This document shows positions 1 to 12,876 of a stretch of DNA of 58,154 nt, piece after piece (the stretch's first letter is position 1; the number at the start of each line of letters is the position of its first letter). The stretch is from Octopus bimaculoides (lineage: Eukaryota). The DNA lies in the NCBI RefSeq assembly GCF_001194135.2, contig NC_068986.1, positions 98,679,332 to 98,737,485 of the forward strand, given 5' to 3'. The notes beneath the pieces were generated by a model, which was not told the origin of the DNA, searched no databases, and was given only the letters and a program-made list of their open reading frames with translations. Position numbers and translations under genes: made by a program.

Positions 1-33
1 ATGTGTGTGTGTATATATATATCTATCTATCTA

Positions 34-87
<54 letters not shown>
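1..87. repeat. compound (TG/TA/TC)n microsatellite
   Basis: Directly visible dinucleotide runs. Confidence 0.95.
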
Positions 88-88
<1 letters not shown>

Positions 89-552
89 GTTTATATACGA
101 GAAGAAAATGGATGTAAATAACAAAGAGAAACTCGTCGTTTTGGCTGGTATCCTTAAATTTTAATTAATTAACAAAGAAGAAGGTAGCAGTTACGATCAT
201 TTCAATTTACTAGTTTTAGTAAATATCTTCACAAAGCGAAAATTAAATCGATACATCAGTAATGGTAATAAAGTCAAAATGTGTTAGTCTTAAAGGAGCG
301 CCTGTGGATTTAATTATCCCTTAGAGGTTTTAAACTCCTCTAACTGATGCCTACACTATATATATATATATACATATACATAAACGAAAAAAATATAGTT
401 AAATCGCTAACACGAAATGAGCAATGTGTTTCACATCTAAAACTAAACAAAGTGCCCTCATGTATATATACACACAACTATACATGCATACACACACACA
501 CACACATACATACATACATAAAATTTAGACAGATAGATACATTATTTGCAAT

Positions 553-650
553 AGTTACATTTGACGGATATTTGTCCTCATCTTGTTTGCTGTTAACACA
601 ACGTTTCGGCTGATATACCCTCCAGCCTTCATTCCGAAGGCTTTTTTCGA

Positions 651-691
<41 letters not shown>

Positions 692-847
692 GTTGTTGTT
701 GTTGTTGCTGTTGTTGTTGTTGTTGTTGTTATTATTACTATTATTATTATTATTATTATCATTATTATTATTATTATTATTCAGGTCAAAGCCTGGAATC
801 GAACTCGGAATCTTGGGGTTAGTACCAGCGCTCTTGACCACTACGCC

Positions 848-850
<3 letters not shown>
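553..850 (-). mobile_element. tRNA-derived SINE with (AAT/AAC)n linker and a PLE-like 3' segment
   Basis: Minus strand reads TGGCGTAGTGG (A box, 838-848) and GAGTTCGATTCC (B box, 795-806), then an (AAT)/(AAC) run (655-780). The tail's ~30 bp TTACATTTGACGGATATTTGTCCTCATCTT recurs at ~36982-37011. Confidence 0.75.
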
Positions 851-881
<31 letters not shown>

Positions 882-1089
882 GTGTATTGGCACCTACACT
901 TTTCTCTGCAAAATATGGATAGTTTATCCTGTTCAGGCTATATTATTAGCTTTATTCTGCGATTGAGAATTTAAACATCACTTCTTTAACTTTCTTTAAA
1001 TTATTTGTTCTCAGTATTTAGTTTTTACAGCGCATCTTTTGTTTGTTAGCATTACAATATTATTATTAACATAAAATCAGACCACAATA

Positions 1090-2660
1090 CTTCTCTATTG
1101 TTCTCAAGATATCTTTCCGCAGTCTTGCCGTGACGTCATTGTTTATCTTCATTACGAAATGTACTTCCAACAGGAACAGAAATAACGATGGGATACATCC
1201 TTTAAGGACACTGATGATGATTCCAAGACATCATTCTGGATGATATGTCCTAACACTGCAGCTGATTTTTTTCATAGAAATTCTTGCAGATATTAGGGCA
1301 CTGTTGGCGGATTCCATAGCCTTGACCGATCTTCCATAACGATTTTTGATAGGTGGTATCAAAGGACATTTTAAAAGTTTCGAGGTTGAGTGACAGAAGC
1401 TGCAGGAGCCGTATACAATATTCTAGGGTTTTCTCAGTACATGAACCCCGGAAACGAAAAACTTACTGTTTCGTTTCACAGTATTGCATCGATTGTCTGT
1501 TTTGTGGAACGATTCAGCGAATTTTTACTGCCTTCAGCACGCTTTTCCTACTTCCAGCAAGCTTTTTCTTCTATTGCTTGTCAGCACATCTTAAAGAGTC
1601 TCATTGACATTTGGTCGCACACAATAGATTTGTGGTTCTATAATTTCTTTCACGGTTACTACATTTCTTCACTGTCATTTCATTTCTTCCTACCTGCAAA
1701 GAATTTAAAAGTGGGTTTTGAGTTGACATCAGCATAATGCAACTGGATCTGGCCGATTTAGAGTCTCTTAGAAATTTTCTAACCATCTAGAGTTTTATTT
1801 GTCTGTTAAAAGGATTTTGCCAATTTTCTTTCTTTCTTAAATGGTAAAAAACTGTTGCTTTTGTGCCCGTGAGCTCTCTGATAATACAATGCAACATTTT
1901 GCATATTTCCCGCTACTTTCTTCTTCTGATCGTTTCTGTTTTCTTTCCTGCAAATCTTTTTTGCTAGTCTTGCTACTACACTTTATCTGGCAATTCGTTA
2001 TTTCTTTGGTTTGTTTGATACCCAACATTGTTTATCAAAACCCCAAAACTTTCACCTATTCACCGTTCTTTCCTTGCCATTTTCTTCCACAATGTGTTTT
2101 CTATCACTAGTATTTTTTTAATATAGGCATCTGTACTTCAGTGCTTTGAGGTTGAAATCTATTCATTAGAGATAACTGGTAACTGTGATATGTTTTAGTC
2201 TCTCCGCAACAAGTGGCCGGATCATAGTAAAATCCTGGTATTTTAGTCGAAACTTCAATTTCCCTTTCACCATGTAATAACCTAATCTAGCATCAGTACC
2301 TCAACAGGCCTTGAGCGCTTTGCAAGAGGTCGTCAATCCTCCAATGATATAGATATTGTCAGTAACGTTCTTTATGTTCACACCACTTCTTGAGCATCGT
2401 TTTGTGTAGAGACCATCCTACAGTGAAGGATTCCAATGAACACCACTACGAACTTACATTCCAAATGGATTGAATTAAGAATACTAGCACCATAACGAAG
2501 CTCAGAATTAGGAATATACGGACAGCGCAACACAAATGGAAGATAATGCAACTGCTGAGAAATTTTCACAGCTCCCAACTTCCAAAGCTTTAGTGAACTG
2601 AAATGGAAGGGATGTAGAAAAAAGAGCAAAGAGTGCAGAACTATAATTTATTTCAATTAA
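1090..2660 (-). mobile_element. decayed RTE-clade LINE (endonuclease-RT), many stops and frameshifts
   Basis: Manual minus-strand translation gives Q*VFRFRGSCTE (cf. QAGFRPGRSCTEQ), FDTTYQKSLWKIGQGYGI (cf. FDSVHRESLWKIM..YGI), VLKGCIPSLFLFLL (cf. GVRQGCILSPFLFLL) and GTDARLGYYMVKGKLKFRLK (cf. GADVGSDHYLVVAKLKLRLK). Confidence 0.8.
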
Positions 2661-5647
2661 GTATAATAGCATACCTGGGGATTTGGTATGGTATTACGAA
2701 AAGGGGATTTTAGGGCACAGATAGTTTGGGATTCAGTCGGTAAACGAATTATCGCAGTACGTTTTCCACTGAAAGCTTACATATTTACCGTTATCCAAGT
2801 TTACATAGCAAATAGAGATGAGACGATGCTGAGAAACCCACGTTTGTGATCACCTGCATGACGTAACCGGTATAACTCCAGTCACGATATCAAAATGATT
2901 ATTAGTGAATTCAGTCCGGAAAAAGATCTAAGCGAGTCATTGGGTCACTTGCATCAAGAGACCAGCGAAAACGAAAAATATTTGACTATGTTCTGCAGCA
3001 TGAACATCTACGTCATAGAAAACGCATACACATCTACAAATATAATCACACACCTACAAACGCACACAAGCCTACAAATGTACACACATATGCGCTGATG
3101 TATGTATGAATGTGTATGTGTGTGCATGAATGTGTGTTTGCGTGTGTGTGAGAGAGAGAAAGAGAAACTGAAAGAGAGAGAGCGAATAAATTATAGATAA
3201 TAAATTCAAGAATACAATTTACTAATAGTTTTATGGAGATTCAAAAGATGACATTCATATAAATAACTTTCTTTAACTTCTTTAGCAAGTAATCACTTTT
3301 TTATTCTATCTGGCATACCGAATACCTTTGGCCATTGATATACGTTCTAAAATTACATCTGTATTTGTATATGAACGATGTATGCACACCGTTGCTATTA
3401 TGCAAAAGTGTCGTAAGTCCAAAATGTTACTTTTTCAGAAACCGAATAAGTAGTTTTACCATTCCATAGCAAAACCGTTGTACTACACTTTCACAATTTT
3501 TGATATCCTGGCATCTGAAGCATCTGGAGATACGATACTTTCACGAAAAGAACCGGCTATTGCAAGTAAAACTAAATATTGAAAAAAAAAAAATAAACGC
3601 ATTTGTTCCCAATTTTGACTTACGACAGTTTAACATTATAGCAATGCTATATATTATTCAGATGAACATGTTAATATATATGTTATCTCTCACTTTAAAC
3701 ATGTATATANNNNNNNNNNNNNNNNNNNNNNNNNNNNNNNNNNNNNNNNNNNNNNNNNNNNNNNNNNNNNNNNNNNNNNNNNNNNNNNNNNNNNNNNNNN
3801 NNNNNNNNNNNNNNNNNNNNNNNNNNNNNNNNNNNNNNNNNNNNNNNNNNNNNNNNNNNNNNNNNNNNNNNNNNNNNNNNNNNNNNNNNNNNNNNNNNNN
3901 NNNNNNNNNNNNNNNNNNNNNNNNNNNNNNNNNNNNNNNNNNNNNNNNNNNNNNNNNNNNNNNNNNNNNNNNNNNNNNNNNNNNNNNNNNNNNNNNNNNN
4001 NNNNNNNNNNNNNNNNNNNNNNNNNNNNNNNNNNNNNNNNNNNNNNNNNNNNNNNNNNNNNNNNNNNNNNNNNNNNNNNNNNNNNNNNNNNNNNNNNNNN
4101 NNNNNNNNNNNNNNNNNNNATACAAATTGCTAATCTCGGTATAACCCACTACAAATTCTTGAAATCCAGTCCCGATGGCTGTTGTCCAAAGACTCCCAAC
4201 AATTTAGATGAATAAAGAATAATCGCGTCATTACTGTTACCTCGAATCATCTTATATGAAAATGTCTTAAATTAAACCATTTGTTATCTGTATGCAACGG
4301 GGAAAACAAAATCACATGAATATTAATAAATTGATTTTGCCTGAGAATTATTTTCTATATCTCATGAAAAACTTGGTCAGTTTTTGAATGATATAGTTAG
4401 ATATGACCTTGTAACACAATACTTGTCGGAGAAAGTGTTTGTAAATATAATTTAGCGATATTGCCAAGATGGAAATATTTCAGTTCTATTTTAAGCCACT
4501 GTAGATGAATATTTGTCAACTCGAAAAAGAAGGTAAGTTCATGATAGAATGCAAGCTCTTCTCATAATTCATGGCAAAGAAAACAACAATTTTCTAAACT
4601 AACTCTTTTCTATATACAGTACTATTATTTATTGATCTTTAAATCCCTTCTTCTGAGATCTTTGGTCGTCACTACAGTTAGACACACAGACACATGTATA
4701 ATAATGATTTGTAGTAAATAGTTGTTATTCATGGACAATTCCTATTGAATCGTAAACGTGACCCTTTGTTAAATGTCGCCATGGTGTTCTGCCAAGTATC
4801 TGAGGTACCTAATCTCTTGTGATTGCTCATTCTTAATCCCTAAGAAATGGAACCAGCTCTCACAACACCAGATGGTACAGGGGTGACAGTTTGGAAATTT
4901 CATTTAACTTGAATGGCTACTAAACGGATAGATTTAAGACTTTAAAGGAATAATTAAGTTGTGCCTTATTCAAGTATAACTGCTGGCACCAAACACCAGT
5001 ACATGCATGCCCAAAAATTTCACCTATAACTCAAACATAATTTGGAATATTACAGCTGGAATAAGTGGAAGAATCCCCGACATATCTCCTAGCACGAACG
5101 TCTTTAATAGCGCTCACACATTGATATCAAGAACATATTTCTGATATCATTTGTCCCAAACAGTAAAATTCAACAGCAGGAAATTCTCTATCTGTCCACT
5201 GTTAGTATCTTGTCATTGATTAGTACTTGCATTCATTCAGAGCAAAAGACATCCTCTGGTAGCGAGTGAGAACACTTTTCTTGGAAACTTTTTTGAAAAG
5301 GAAAATAAGAATTAAATGAAAAGAATGAGTGAAAGTTACATGGACATCTTCACAAGAGTAATTGAAAAAAATGGCGATTGTGGAACGCAGACACGCACGC
5401 ACGCGCGCGCACACACACATACACTTACAGTAACAAACATCACCGTCTCTCTCTCTCTATCTCTCTCTCTTTCTCTCTTTCACTCTCTCTTGATATCCCT
5501 CTCTCTTTCAACTTCTCGTATAGAAACTTGTTTTCTCCCTCTCTGTTTCTTTGTCTTCTCTCTGTCTTTTTCTCATTCTGCGTTTCTCTCGCGCACACAT
5601 ATTCTCTCTCACTCTCTGTAATGGTTCCTCTCTTTTGGTCTGTCTGA

Positions 5648-5654
<7 letters not shown>

Positions 5655-5720
<66 letters not shown>
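5655..5720. repeat. (TC)n microsatellite
   Basis: Visible run. Confidence 0.95.
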
Positions 5721-5722
<2 letters not shown>

Positions 5723-5860
5723 ACTCATTCACACTACATTTCTCCCACTATCGAAAAACGTTGTGATGAATGAGGAGATGGCGGAAGAGAAGTAGAGCCA
5801 CTTCCTCATTTTGATTCTGTTTCCTTCTTCCCCCTCTCACTCCCTCATTGGCATTACGCA

Positions 5861-5930
5861 CAGACATACAAATACACAGACATACAAATACACAGACATA
5901 CAAATACACAGACATACAAATACACAGACA
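5861..5930. repeat. 16-bp minisatellite CAGACATACAAATACA, 4 units plus a partial unit
   Basis: Four exact consecutive units, followed by (TA)n and (GATA)n to ~6082. Confidence 0.9.
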
Positions 5931-5934
5931 TCTC

Positions 5935-5974
<40 letters not shown>

Positions 5975-6019
5975 TAGATATAGATATAGATAGAGCGATA
6001 GACAGGCAGACAGACAGAC

Positions 6020-6083
<64 letters not shown>

Positions 6084-7404
6084 TAAGCAACGCAATGTAG
6101 TTTTAGGCATAACATATCGTCGGCTAGATAGTCTCATATTGATAGAAGCGCTATTAACCAAATTGGAAACCCATGTATACATATTACTCTTGTCTAATCC
6201 CTAACATCAAATGGCAACATTCGTTCATGAATGTCACTACACGAATTAAGACAAGTTGAATCTTCAATTAAACTTTACATTATCTTGTTAATGTAACCGA
6301 TAAAACACTACCCACCAAAAGCAGCACCAATTCATGTTCGTTTAACACGAAAGTCATCCATAAAATGAAAATGTCGCCGACGATTTTCTCAGATCGTAAC
6401 ATAGTACATTTGACAATGCGTGGTTCATGGTAAACCAGACTTCTACCTCTATAAGGTAACAACATAATTTAGGAACTTTGTCAATAATAGAAGCCATACG
6501 CATTAAATTTGTCCAAGAATGAAAATCCATATAACAGACAGAAAACGTTCTTGAGACGAAGGACAAAGATCTAAAATTACTGAAATAAACAAGAACAACA
6601 TACTTAGAAACTAAAAATAAAATCAGGAACTCTCATGAAAATGAAAGAGCAGAAAGTGAAACCAATGTTATAAATAGAAACTAACCATTTTATAAATTTG
6701 CAATTGGTTAAATTCATTACATTCTAATATACAAATAGTGGCGTTGCTGTAAGGAAATATCTCACTGATCGCAAATCACAAAAGTATAAGTGAAATGCTG
6801 AATGAACTATACAAATGTGTTTTCACCTTCCTGATAAGACACACGCAAATAAATCAAGTTTTTTCCACTTTGGGGATCTTTAGAGAGAAGCAGAAACTAT
6901 TCACTTCGTCAATAAAAAGAGGAAGATTATCATATCATTCACAGATAAAATGAGACACTGATGAATTCCTAGAAATTCTCTTAAACGCCTGTGAACAGGC
7001 CTTAGCAGAACAGCTTCAGATTGTTTTTAAAAAAACTTTTGTGAGTGATAAAATGCCCAAAAATTAAAAAAGGAAGGATGAGAAAGCAAAGTTATGGCAC
7101 GAATTATCAGAATGAAATTGATCAAGTCTTTAGAAGGAAATTCATTCATTTTCTCCGCCCACTATTCCTGAAAGAAGCTTGGGTTAGCGTCTTCACGTAC
7201 ATCCTCCATAGGGTCGTAACAGAAGCAACCTTAATTAGATTTCCCAGCTGGATTAGCAAGCCTGACTAGTTAAGAACATGGATATTATCCAACCATCTCG
7301 TTTTTGTTCAACCTCTAGGTCTAGCGCCAGTTGCCTCAGGTTGAACAATCGTCTTGCGATTCTTTCCTGTGAGGTTCTGATCGTATTATTTTACAGCTTT
7401 ACTC

Positions 7405-7557
7405 TTTTACTCGTTTCAATCATTTGACTGCGGCCATGCTGGAGCACCGCATTTAGTCGAACAAATCAACGCCAGGACTTTTGTAAACCTAGTACTTATT
7501 TTATCGGTCTCTTTTGCCGAACCACTAAGTTGCGTGGACGTGAACACACCAGCATAG
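7405..7557 (-). mobile_element. octopus-type SINE (family A), 3' body fragment
   Basis: GACTGCGGCCATGCTGGAGCACCGC...TAGTCGA... is the reverse complement of the 3' body of the copy at 50652-51025. Confidence 0.85.
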
Positions 7558-7568
7558 NNNNNNNNNNC

Positions 7569-7770
7569 TTTTATTTATTTTCTCTTCTTTATTTTCTTTG
7601 TTTTTTTTCTCTATTTTCTCTCCTTGTTTCTTTCAGTGTTCCTTTCTTTGGAATAGCGTAGGCTCGAAACGTTAAAGACTTTTTCACTTCCCGAGCGTTA
7701 AACTACTACATCTGTTTGTTGTCTACACCACCTGTCTTTGTCTTTTGTTTTTTGGGGGAATTCACCCTAT
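7569..7770 (+). mobile_element. short PLE pseudo-LTR-like repeat with degenerate HHR-like motif (7646-7673)
   Basis: CTTTCTTTGGAATAGCGTAGGCTCGAAACGTTAAAG; same family as the copies at 12085, 49590 and 51150. Confidence 0.65.
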
Positions 7771-8093
7771 ATATACATATAGATACATATATTACATGCA
7801 GAAGTGCGAGCAAGAGTAATAATATTCTTAAGATTATAAACCTGAAAAATTACAGGACAAGTTACTACATTTAGAACGTTCAGGACAACTTATCACATCT
7901 GGTAAAGTACAAAACAAGTAAATTTTTACTTAAAATGTTATGTACTTAGAATATTATTTCTCTTGCTTGCATTTTTCCGTGTAATGCATGTTTTTCCAGG
8001 CTATGCTATTATGGTAATTAATAATGTATCAAATGTGTTAATTAGCGGTGTTGTTGATAATCTTCTCTTTACCTCAATGACGCCAGTGGCATA

Positions 8094-8220
8094 CAGGGTG
8101 TCCACAAAGTCTGGGTACATGGGAGTTAACACATACTTTAAGAAACTATTATTTCTTATATTTAATTGTTTATGTTATGATTTTATTTACTCCATATACC
8201 CAGACTTTGTCAACACCCTG
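8094..8220. mobile_element. Tc1/mariner-type MITE (127 bp)
   Basis: ~32-bp imperfect TIRs (CAGGGTGTCCACAAAGTCTGGGTACATGGGAGT and ACTCCATATACCCAGACTTTGTCAACACCCTG), flanked by TA at 8092-8093 and 8221-8222. Confidence 0.85.
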
Positions 8221-8827
8221 TACATTAAAAGTCCTTTAAAGAACGATATTCATAAAAAAAAAAGTATAGAACTGTATTATCACCCTTAAATTTGAGAAAC
8301 AAACACTCATAACTTTTGTCTTTTAAAACTTCATTGCATGAGATTGATACCATGAAATTCTTCGAATTGGGCTCTATCATTTAAGTTTAATTAAAATATA
8401 GTTTTTCTTTAACTATACTTAAATCCAGTATTTTGCCTTACATATACTTTTTGCATGATATTTTACCTCAGAACATTTTTTATACAAATTTTTGTTGCAT
8501 GGGACCAAAACTATATAATTCTTCATGTTTTCTTCTATCATTGAAGCTAAGGTGAATATATTGTGCTTTTAAAATTAACAAAAAAGCTATTTAGAGCTAA
8601 ACTTCACTAGCGGCGTTACTTCCTCTCCTATAACGTTGCTACAAACTTTTTTTCTACCAGACCAAATCTCAATTTGTTATGCCAAAATGTTGCTAGGGAC
8701 CAGTCCCGTTCAGAAATGTTAACAGTTTTCAATTTGGTTAAGAACTGGATTAACAAGCTCTGAAATATGCCGCGTGTGAGCAAATTCCAGCCTTAAGAAT
8801 ATTATTCAACTATTACCGTAGTTGAAT

Positions 8828-8859
<32 letters not shown>

Positions 8860-8860
8860 C

Positions 8861-8943
<83 letters not shown>
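8861..8943. repeat. (GATA)n tetranucleotide repeat
   Basis: Visible run; similar runs at 9350-9413, 34443-34525 and 39133-39280. Confidence 0.95.
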
Positions 8944-9087
8944 GAAGGAACAAGTTGAAGAAAGCAGTATAATTCGTAAAAGTTGCAAGCCTCTCATTTA
9001 TAAGCTGTAAGACCATAGGATCAGAAAGGTTTACTTACACAATTTTGTGAGTGAGTAGGAGAGCATACATGTATATACATGTGTGTG

Positions 9088-9156
<69 letters not shown>

Positions 9157-9159
<3 letters not shown>

Positions 9160-9330
9160 GTGAATTCAAACAAAGAAGAACAAACAAGAAAAAACAAAAC
9201 ACAGGAAAGAAAGGAAAGTAGATTTAACGTTTCGAGCAAAGCTCTTCTTCAGAAATAGACCAAAGTGCAAAGGAAGGGAAAACGGAGGAAGAAAATCGCC
9301 AACGATACACACGTGGTTAAATTTATATAT
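9157..9330 (-). mobile_element. short PLE pseudo-LTR-like repeat
   Basis: Same architecture as the other HHR-like short repeats, flanked by microsatellites. Confidence 0.55.
9222..9256 (-). ncRNA. minimal type-I hammerhead ribozyme motif, canonical core
   Basis: Minus strand: ATTT-CTGAAGA-A-GAGC(TTT)GCTC-GAAAC-GTT^AAAT. Helix I ATTT/AAAT, helix II GAGC/GCTC, self-complementary AACGTT in helix III. Confidence 0.6.
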
Positions 9331-9348
9331 ATATATCGATGTAGTGAT

Positions 9349-9415
<67 letters not shown>

Positions 9416-10007
9416 CATACATACATACATACATACATACATACACAAATAATGCGTCGTTTTATACACATGATGTAACGATGGCAACGATATTTCACTG
9501 AAATAAGAACTAACTCTCCTGTTTTTGGCCTCATTAGCTGCAAACGGGCTGGCAGAGTTATAGATATTCGTTTCTAAATGCAGGCCATGATAATATACAT
9601 TTATGCATAGACACAGTAAATATACGTGTATGATTGTGTAAATATGTATATTGTACTTATATGTGTGTACGCACCACGCACGCACACACACGCACACACA
9701 CGCACACACACGCACACAAACATATGTGTATGTACGTGTGAGTGTGTATGTAGTGTGATATTCCACTTGATTGACTGATTTAGTAGTTCCACGAAAAAGA
9801 TGGGAAGAAAAGATTATGAGACATAGAAAAAATGACAAGAAGCTATAACCATCTCTGTTGGTTGTTGGCACCGTAGTAACTAGCTTAGTACAAAGAACAA
9901 TTTTTTTTCAATACATTGATTGGCATAGATATAATTTAATTATCAGCAGGTTTTCACCATCGTAGTGTATTAAAAAATTTTCACATCCCCACCCCACATG
10001 TATATAT

Positions 10008-10050
<43 letters not shown>

Positions 10051-10658
10051 CTTAATTCTAAGTTTGATGATGAAAACAAATATATATTATTAAAAATATA
10101 TATATGTATATACATATATATACATATATATACACATGCACTTATACATATACATACATACATATNNNNNNNNNNNNNNNNNNNNNNNNNNNNNNNNNNN
10201 NNNNNNNNNNNNNNNNNNNNNNNNNNNNNNNNNNNNNNNNNNNNNNNNNNNNNNNNNNNNNNNNNNNNNNNNNNNNNNNNNNNNNNNNNNNNNNNNNNNN
10301 NNNNNNNNNNNNNNNNNNNNNNNNNACATACATACACACATATATGTATGTATATATGTGTCTGTATGTATGTATATGTATATATGCATATGTATATATA
10401 TGTATATATATATGTGTGTATATATATGTATATATATATATATATACATATATATTTGTATGTGTGTATATATATATATGCATATATATATACATGTATA
10501 TATATGTATATAAATATATATACGTACATATATACATACATATATATATATGTATGTGTATATATGGATGTATGTTTATATATTTACATAAAAATTCATA
10601 TGTACTTTGAAGTATACACAATATAAACATTAAAGTTTTATATACTTACAAACACACA

Positions 10659-10692
<34 letters not shown>

Positions 10693-11419
10693 TGCATACA
10701 CACACATATATATCAGATTAAGGTCGTTGAGATTAAATGATTGTTTGAAGTATCATTACGATATACATTTTTTTTTTGTCAAAGAAGATATGGAATATTT
10801 CATATATTAAAGTTATCGTTGACAAGGAATGTGAAAAAAAAACATTTATTCTTTATTCGTATTCAAGCATAATTATATACCATTCCCTCCATTTTTCAAT
10901 TATGCATTCTTTGAAATAATAAATTAGAATGAGAATACAATGTTGAGTTCGCTTTATTATGATCGATTTCTAAGAAAGTCATTGAATTCGATATGTCCTG
11001 TTTTTCTTCGGGATTTTTTCTTGCTGTCCAAAACATACTCCAATTTTGTGTGTGTGGGCGGAATAACAATCAAGGCTAGACGAAAGATCGTCTTCTATAC
11101 TTTAAGCACCTAATTTTTCGTAATATGTAGGACAGTATATACTGTCATATTTTTTTTATTATATTTAGTGGGAAAACGGTAAAGCTCACGATATTATTAC
11201 GGGGCATTCACAAATAGTGCTGCAATGGTAAAAGAAACCGTAACACTTGCTGTATTAGTGTAACTACAGATGATCAATATACCATATGATCTTTAACTAG
11301 AACATACTACAGTCAAACCGTTCACTGCCACGAGGTAGAAATTTTACAATCTAAGAACTGTCTAGTGAACAAAAAAATCGAAAGGGTGTTGTATAGCATC
11401 AATAAAACAAAAGTGCCTA

Positions 11420-11830
11420 TAAAACTTTCAACTGCTTGAAATCTATACCGATCCAACCACCATTCACTGTAGTCAACCCAACATAGGTTACATCACCATT
11501 TTCCCCACAACCAAGTTAAGTTTTTCCGTAGAATGAGCTTAAGCATCGTTTTTGATGATGATGTAACGAAGGCCAACTTTTTAGACAGTACACATAACTT
11601 ACACAATAATTCGTATTTCCCATACCATAAACCATCGACCAATCTTAAGTATATTAGCAAATTCAGTAATGATTCTAGGGCAATTAATAGGAACTTAGTT
11701 AATAATATTTCATTTAGACTGTCTAAGTTATTTGGTAATATTGACATTTTCAATGATAAGTCCGAATTTTATAACTCTGTTTTACTTAAAGCAGGTTGTA
11801 CAGAGAAAGTTACCTACATTAATTCCATTC
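11420..11830 (+). mobile_element. Penelope-like element, RT C-terminal fragment (decayed)
   Basis: ORF 11533: ANFLDSTHNLHNNSYFPYHKPSTNLKYISKFSN...NISFRLSKL...FYNSVLLKAG, matching the PLE pattern VNFLDVTLNL...PYRKP...YI...SNHP...I.RRLS. Upstream NLYR resembles GLYRDD. Confidence 0.85.
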
Positions 11831-12084
11831 AATCTTATTCTACCTTTACTAATGAAGATATGAAATCTTGTTGTAAAGATATATACGATATCAATTTTAA
11901 TTTATACGCCAACACCAAACAGAGGAAGGGAGATAACCCACACATATATATACATATATATANNNNNNNNNNNNNNNNNNNNNNNNNNNNNNNNNNNNNN
12001 NNNNNNNNNNNNNNNNNNNNNNNNNNNNNNNNNNNNNNNNNNNNNNNNNNNNNNNNNNNNNNNNNNNNNNNNNNNNTATGGAGA

Positions 12085-12370
12085 GAGAATTCAGAAAAAA
12101 AACAAAAGACGCAGACAGATGGCGTAGAAAACAAACAGATTTATTAATATAAAGCTCAGGAATTGAAAACATCTGTAACGTTTCGAGCCTATGCTCTTCC
12201 ACAGAAAGGAACACAGAAAGAAACAAGGAGAGAAACAGACAGAAAAAAATGTGTGTAGGGGTTAGCGATCTATCATGGCGAATGCCGGACAGAAAGGCCA
12301 TAGAGGAGAGCTAAGAAGAATGGGAGATAACAAAGTAGTTGTGATCCCAAAACGAAGGTGAGCGTATATA
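12085..12370 (-). mobile_element. short PLE pseudo-LTR-like repeat nested in the PLE ORF
   Basis: Contains CTGTGGAAGAGCATAGGCTCGAAACGTT (12177-12204) and lies within an insertion bounded by a 21-22 bp direct repeat. Confidence 0.7.
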
Positions 12371-12409
12371 TATGTATGTATGTATGTATGTTTGTATATT
12401 AGAGGAAGG

Positions 12410-12725
12410 GAGTAACCCACATTTAAACCCCTATTTTCGTTCTAAAGGTAAATCTACGTCTTTCAAAGCTAGTTACACTAAAAGTAAGGTAATTAATAGC
12501 AAAACCATTTGGTTAATTATTACTTATGGGAGGCAATTTAAATCTAATCCTCCTTTGCAGTTTCGTGAAGCTATTATTAGGTATTTTCCAAAGAATTCTA
12601 TGTATTATTCTATTATCAACTCACACACGGTTAGGATTGGTTTTTCCAACAACAAAAAAATCTCTTACAAATTATCTCGTCACATAATATTAGCCTGTTA
12701 GATAGGGATACATTTACTAATACTA
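12410..12725 (+). mobile_element. Penelope-like element, RT-to-endonuclease linker (continuation of 11420-11830)
   Basis: KTIWLIITYGRQFKSN...IRYFPKNSMYYSIINSHTVRIGFSNNKKISYKLSRH resembles KIIWFNPPYS..VKTN...KHFP....KIFNRNTVKVSYS.M.N...ISSHN. Confidence 0.75.
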
Positions 12726-12758
12726 ACGTTAATTTAGCTAATACCATCCATCCCCCTT

Positions 12759-12876
12759 GAAAGGATGAAAGACAAAGTCGACCCTGATGGAATTTGAACT
12801 CGGAACGTAGCAACGGGCGAAATACTGCTAAGCATTTCGTCCAGCGTGCTAACCACTATGCCAGCCCTCCGCCTTA
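12759..12876 (-). mobile_element. tRNA-derived SINE (family B), head only
   Basis: Minus strand GGCTGGCATAGTGGTTAGCACG...GAGTTCAAATTCC (A/B boxes), then GGTCGACTTTGTCTTTCATCCTTTC. Confidence 0.8.

Noticed and set aside
791-849. tRNA gene
   Set aside because: A and B boxes are present but no full cloverleaf, and it is joined to a repeat tail; it is a SINE head, as are the other tRNA-like segments.
4770-5290. Possible old retroelement coding relic
   Set aside because: Can be read weakly as a plus-strand Gypsy integrase or a minus-strand LINE RT; the two readings are incompatible and neither is convincing.
6130-6560. Possible PLE GIY-YIG relic (IIEAIRIK)
   Set aside because: A single short motif is insufficient.
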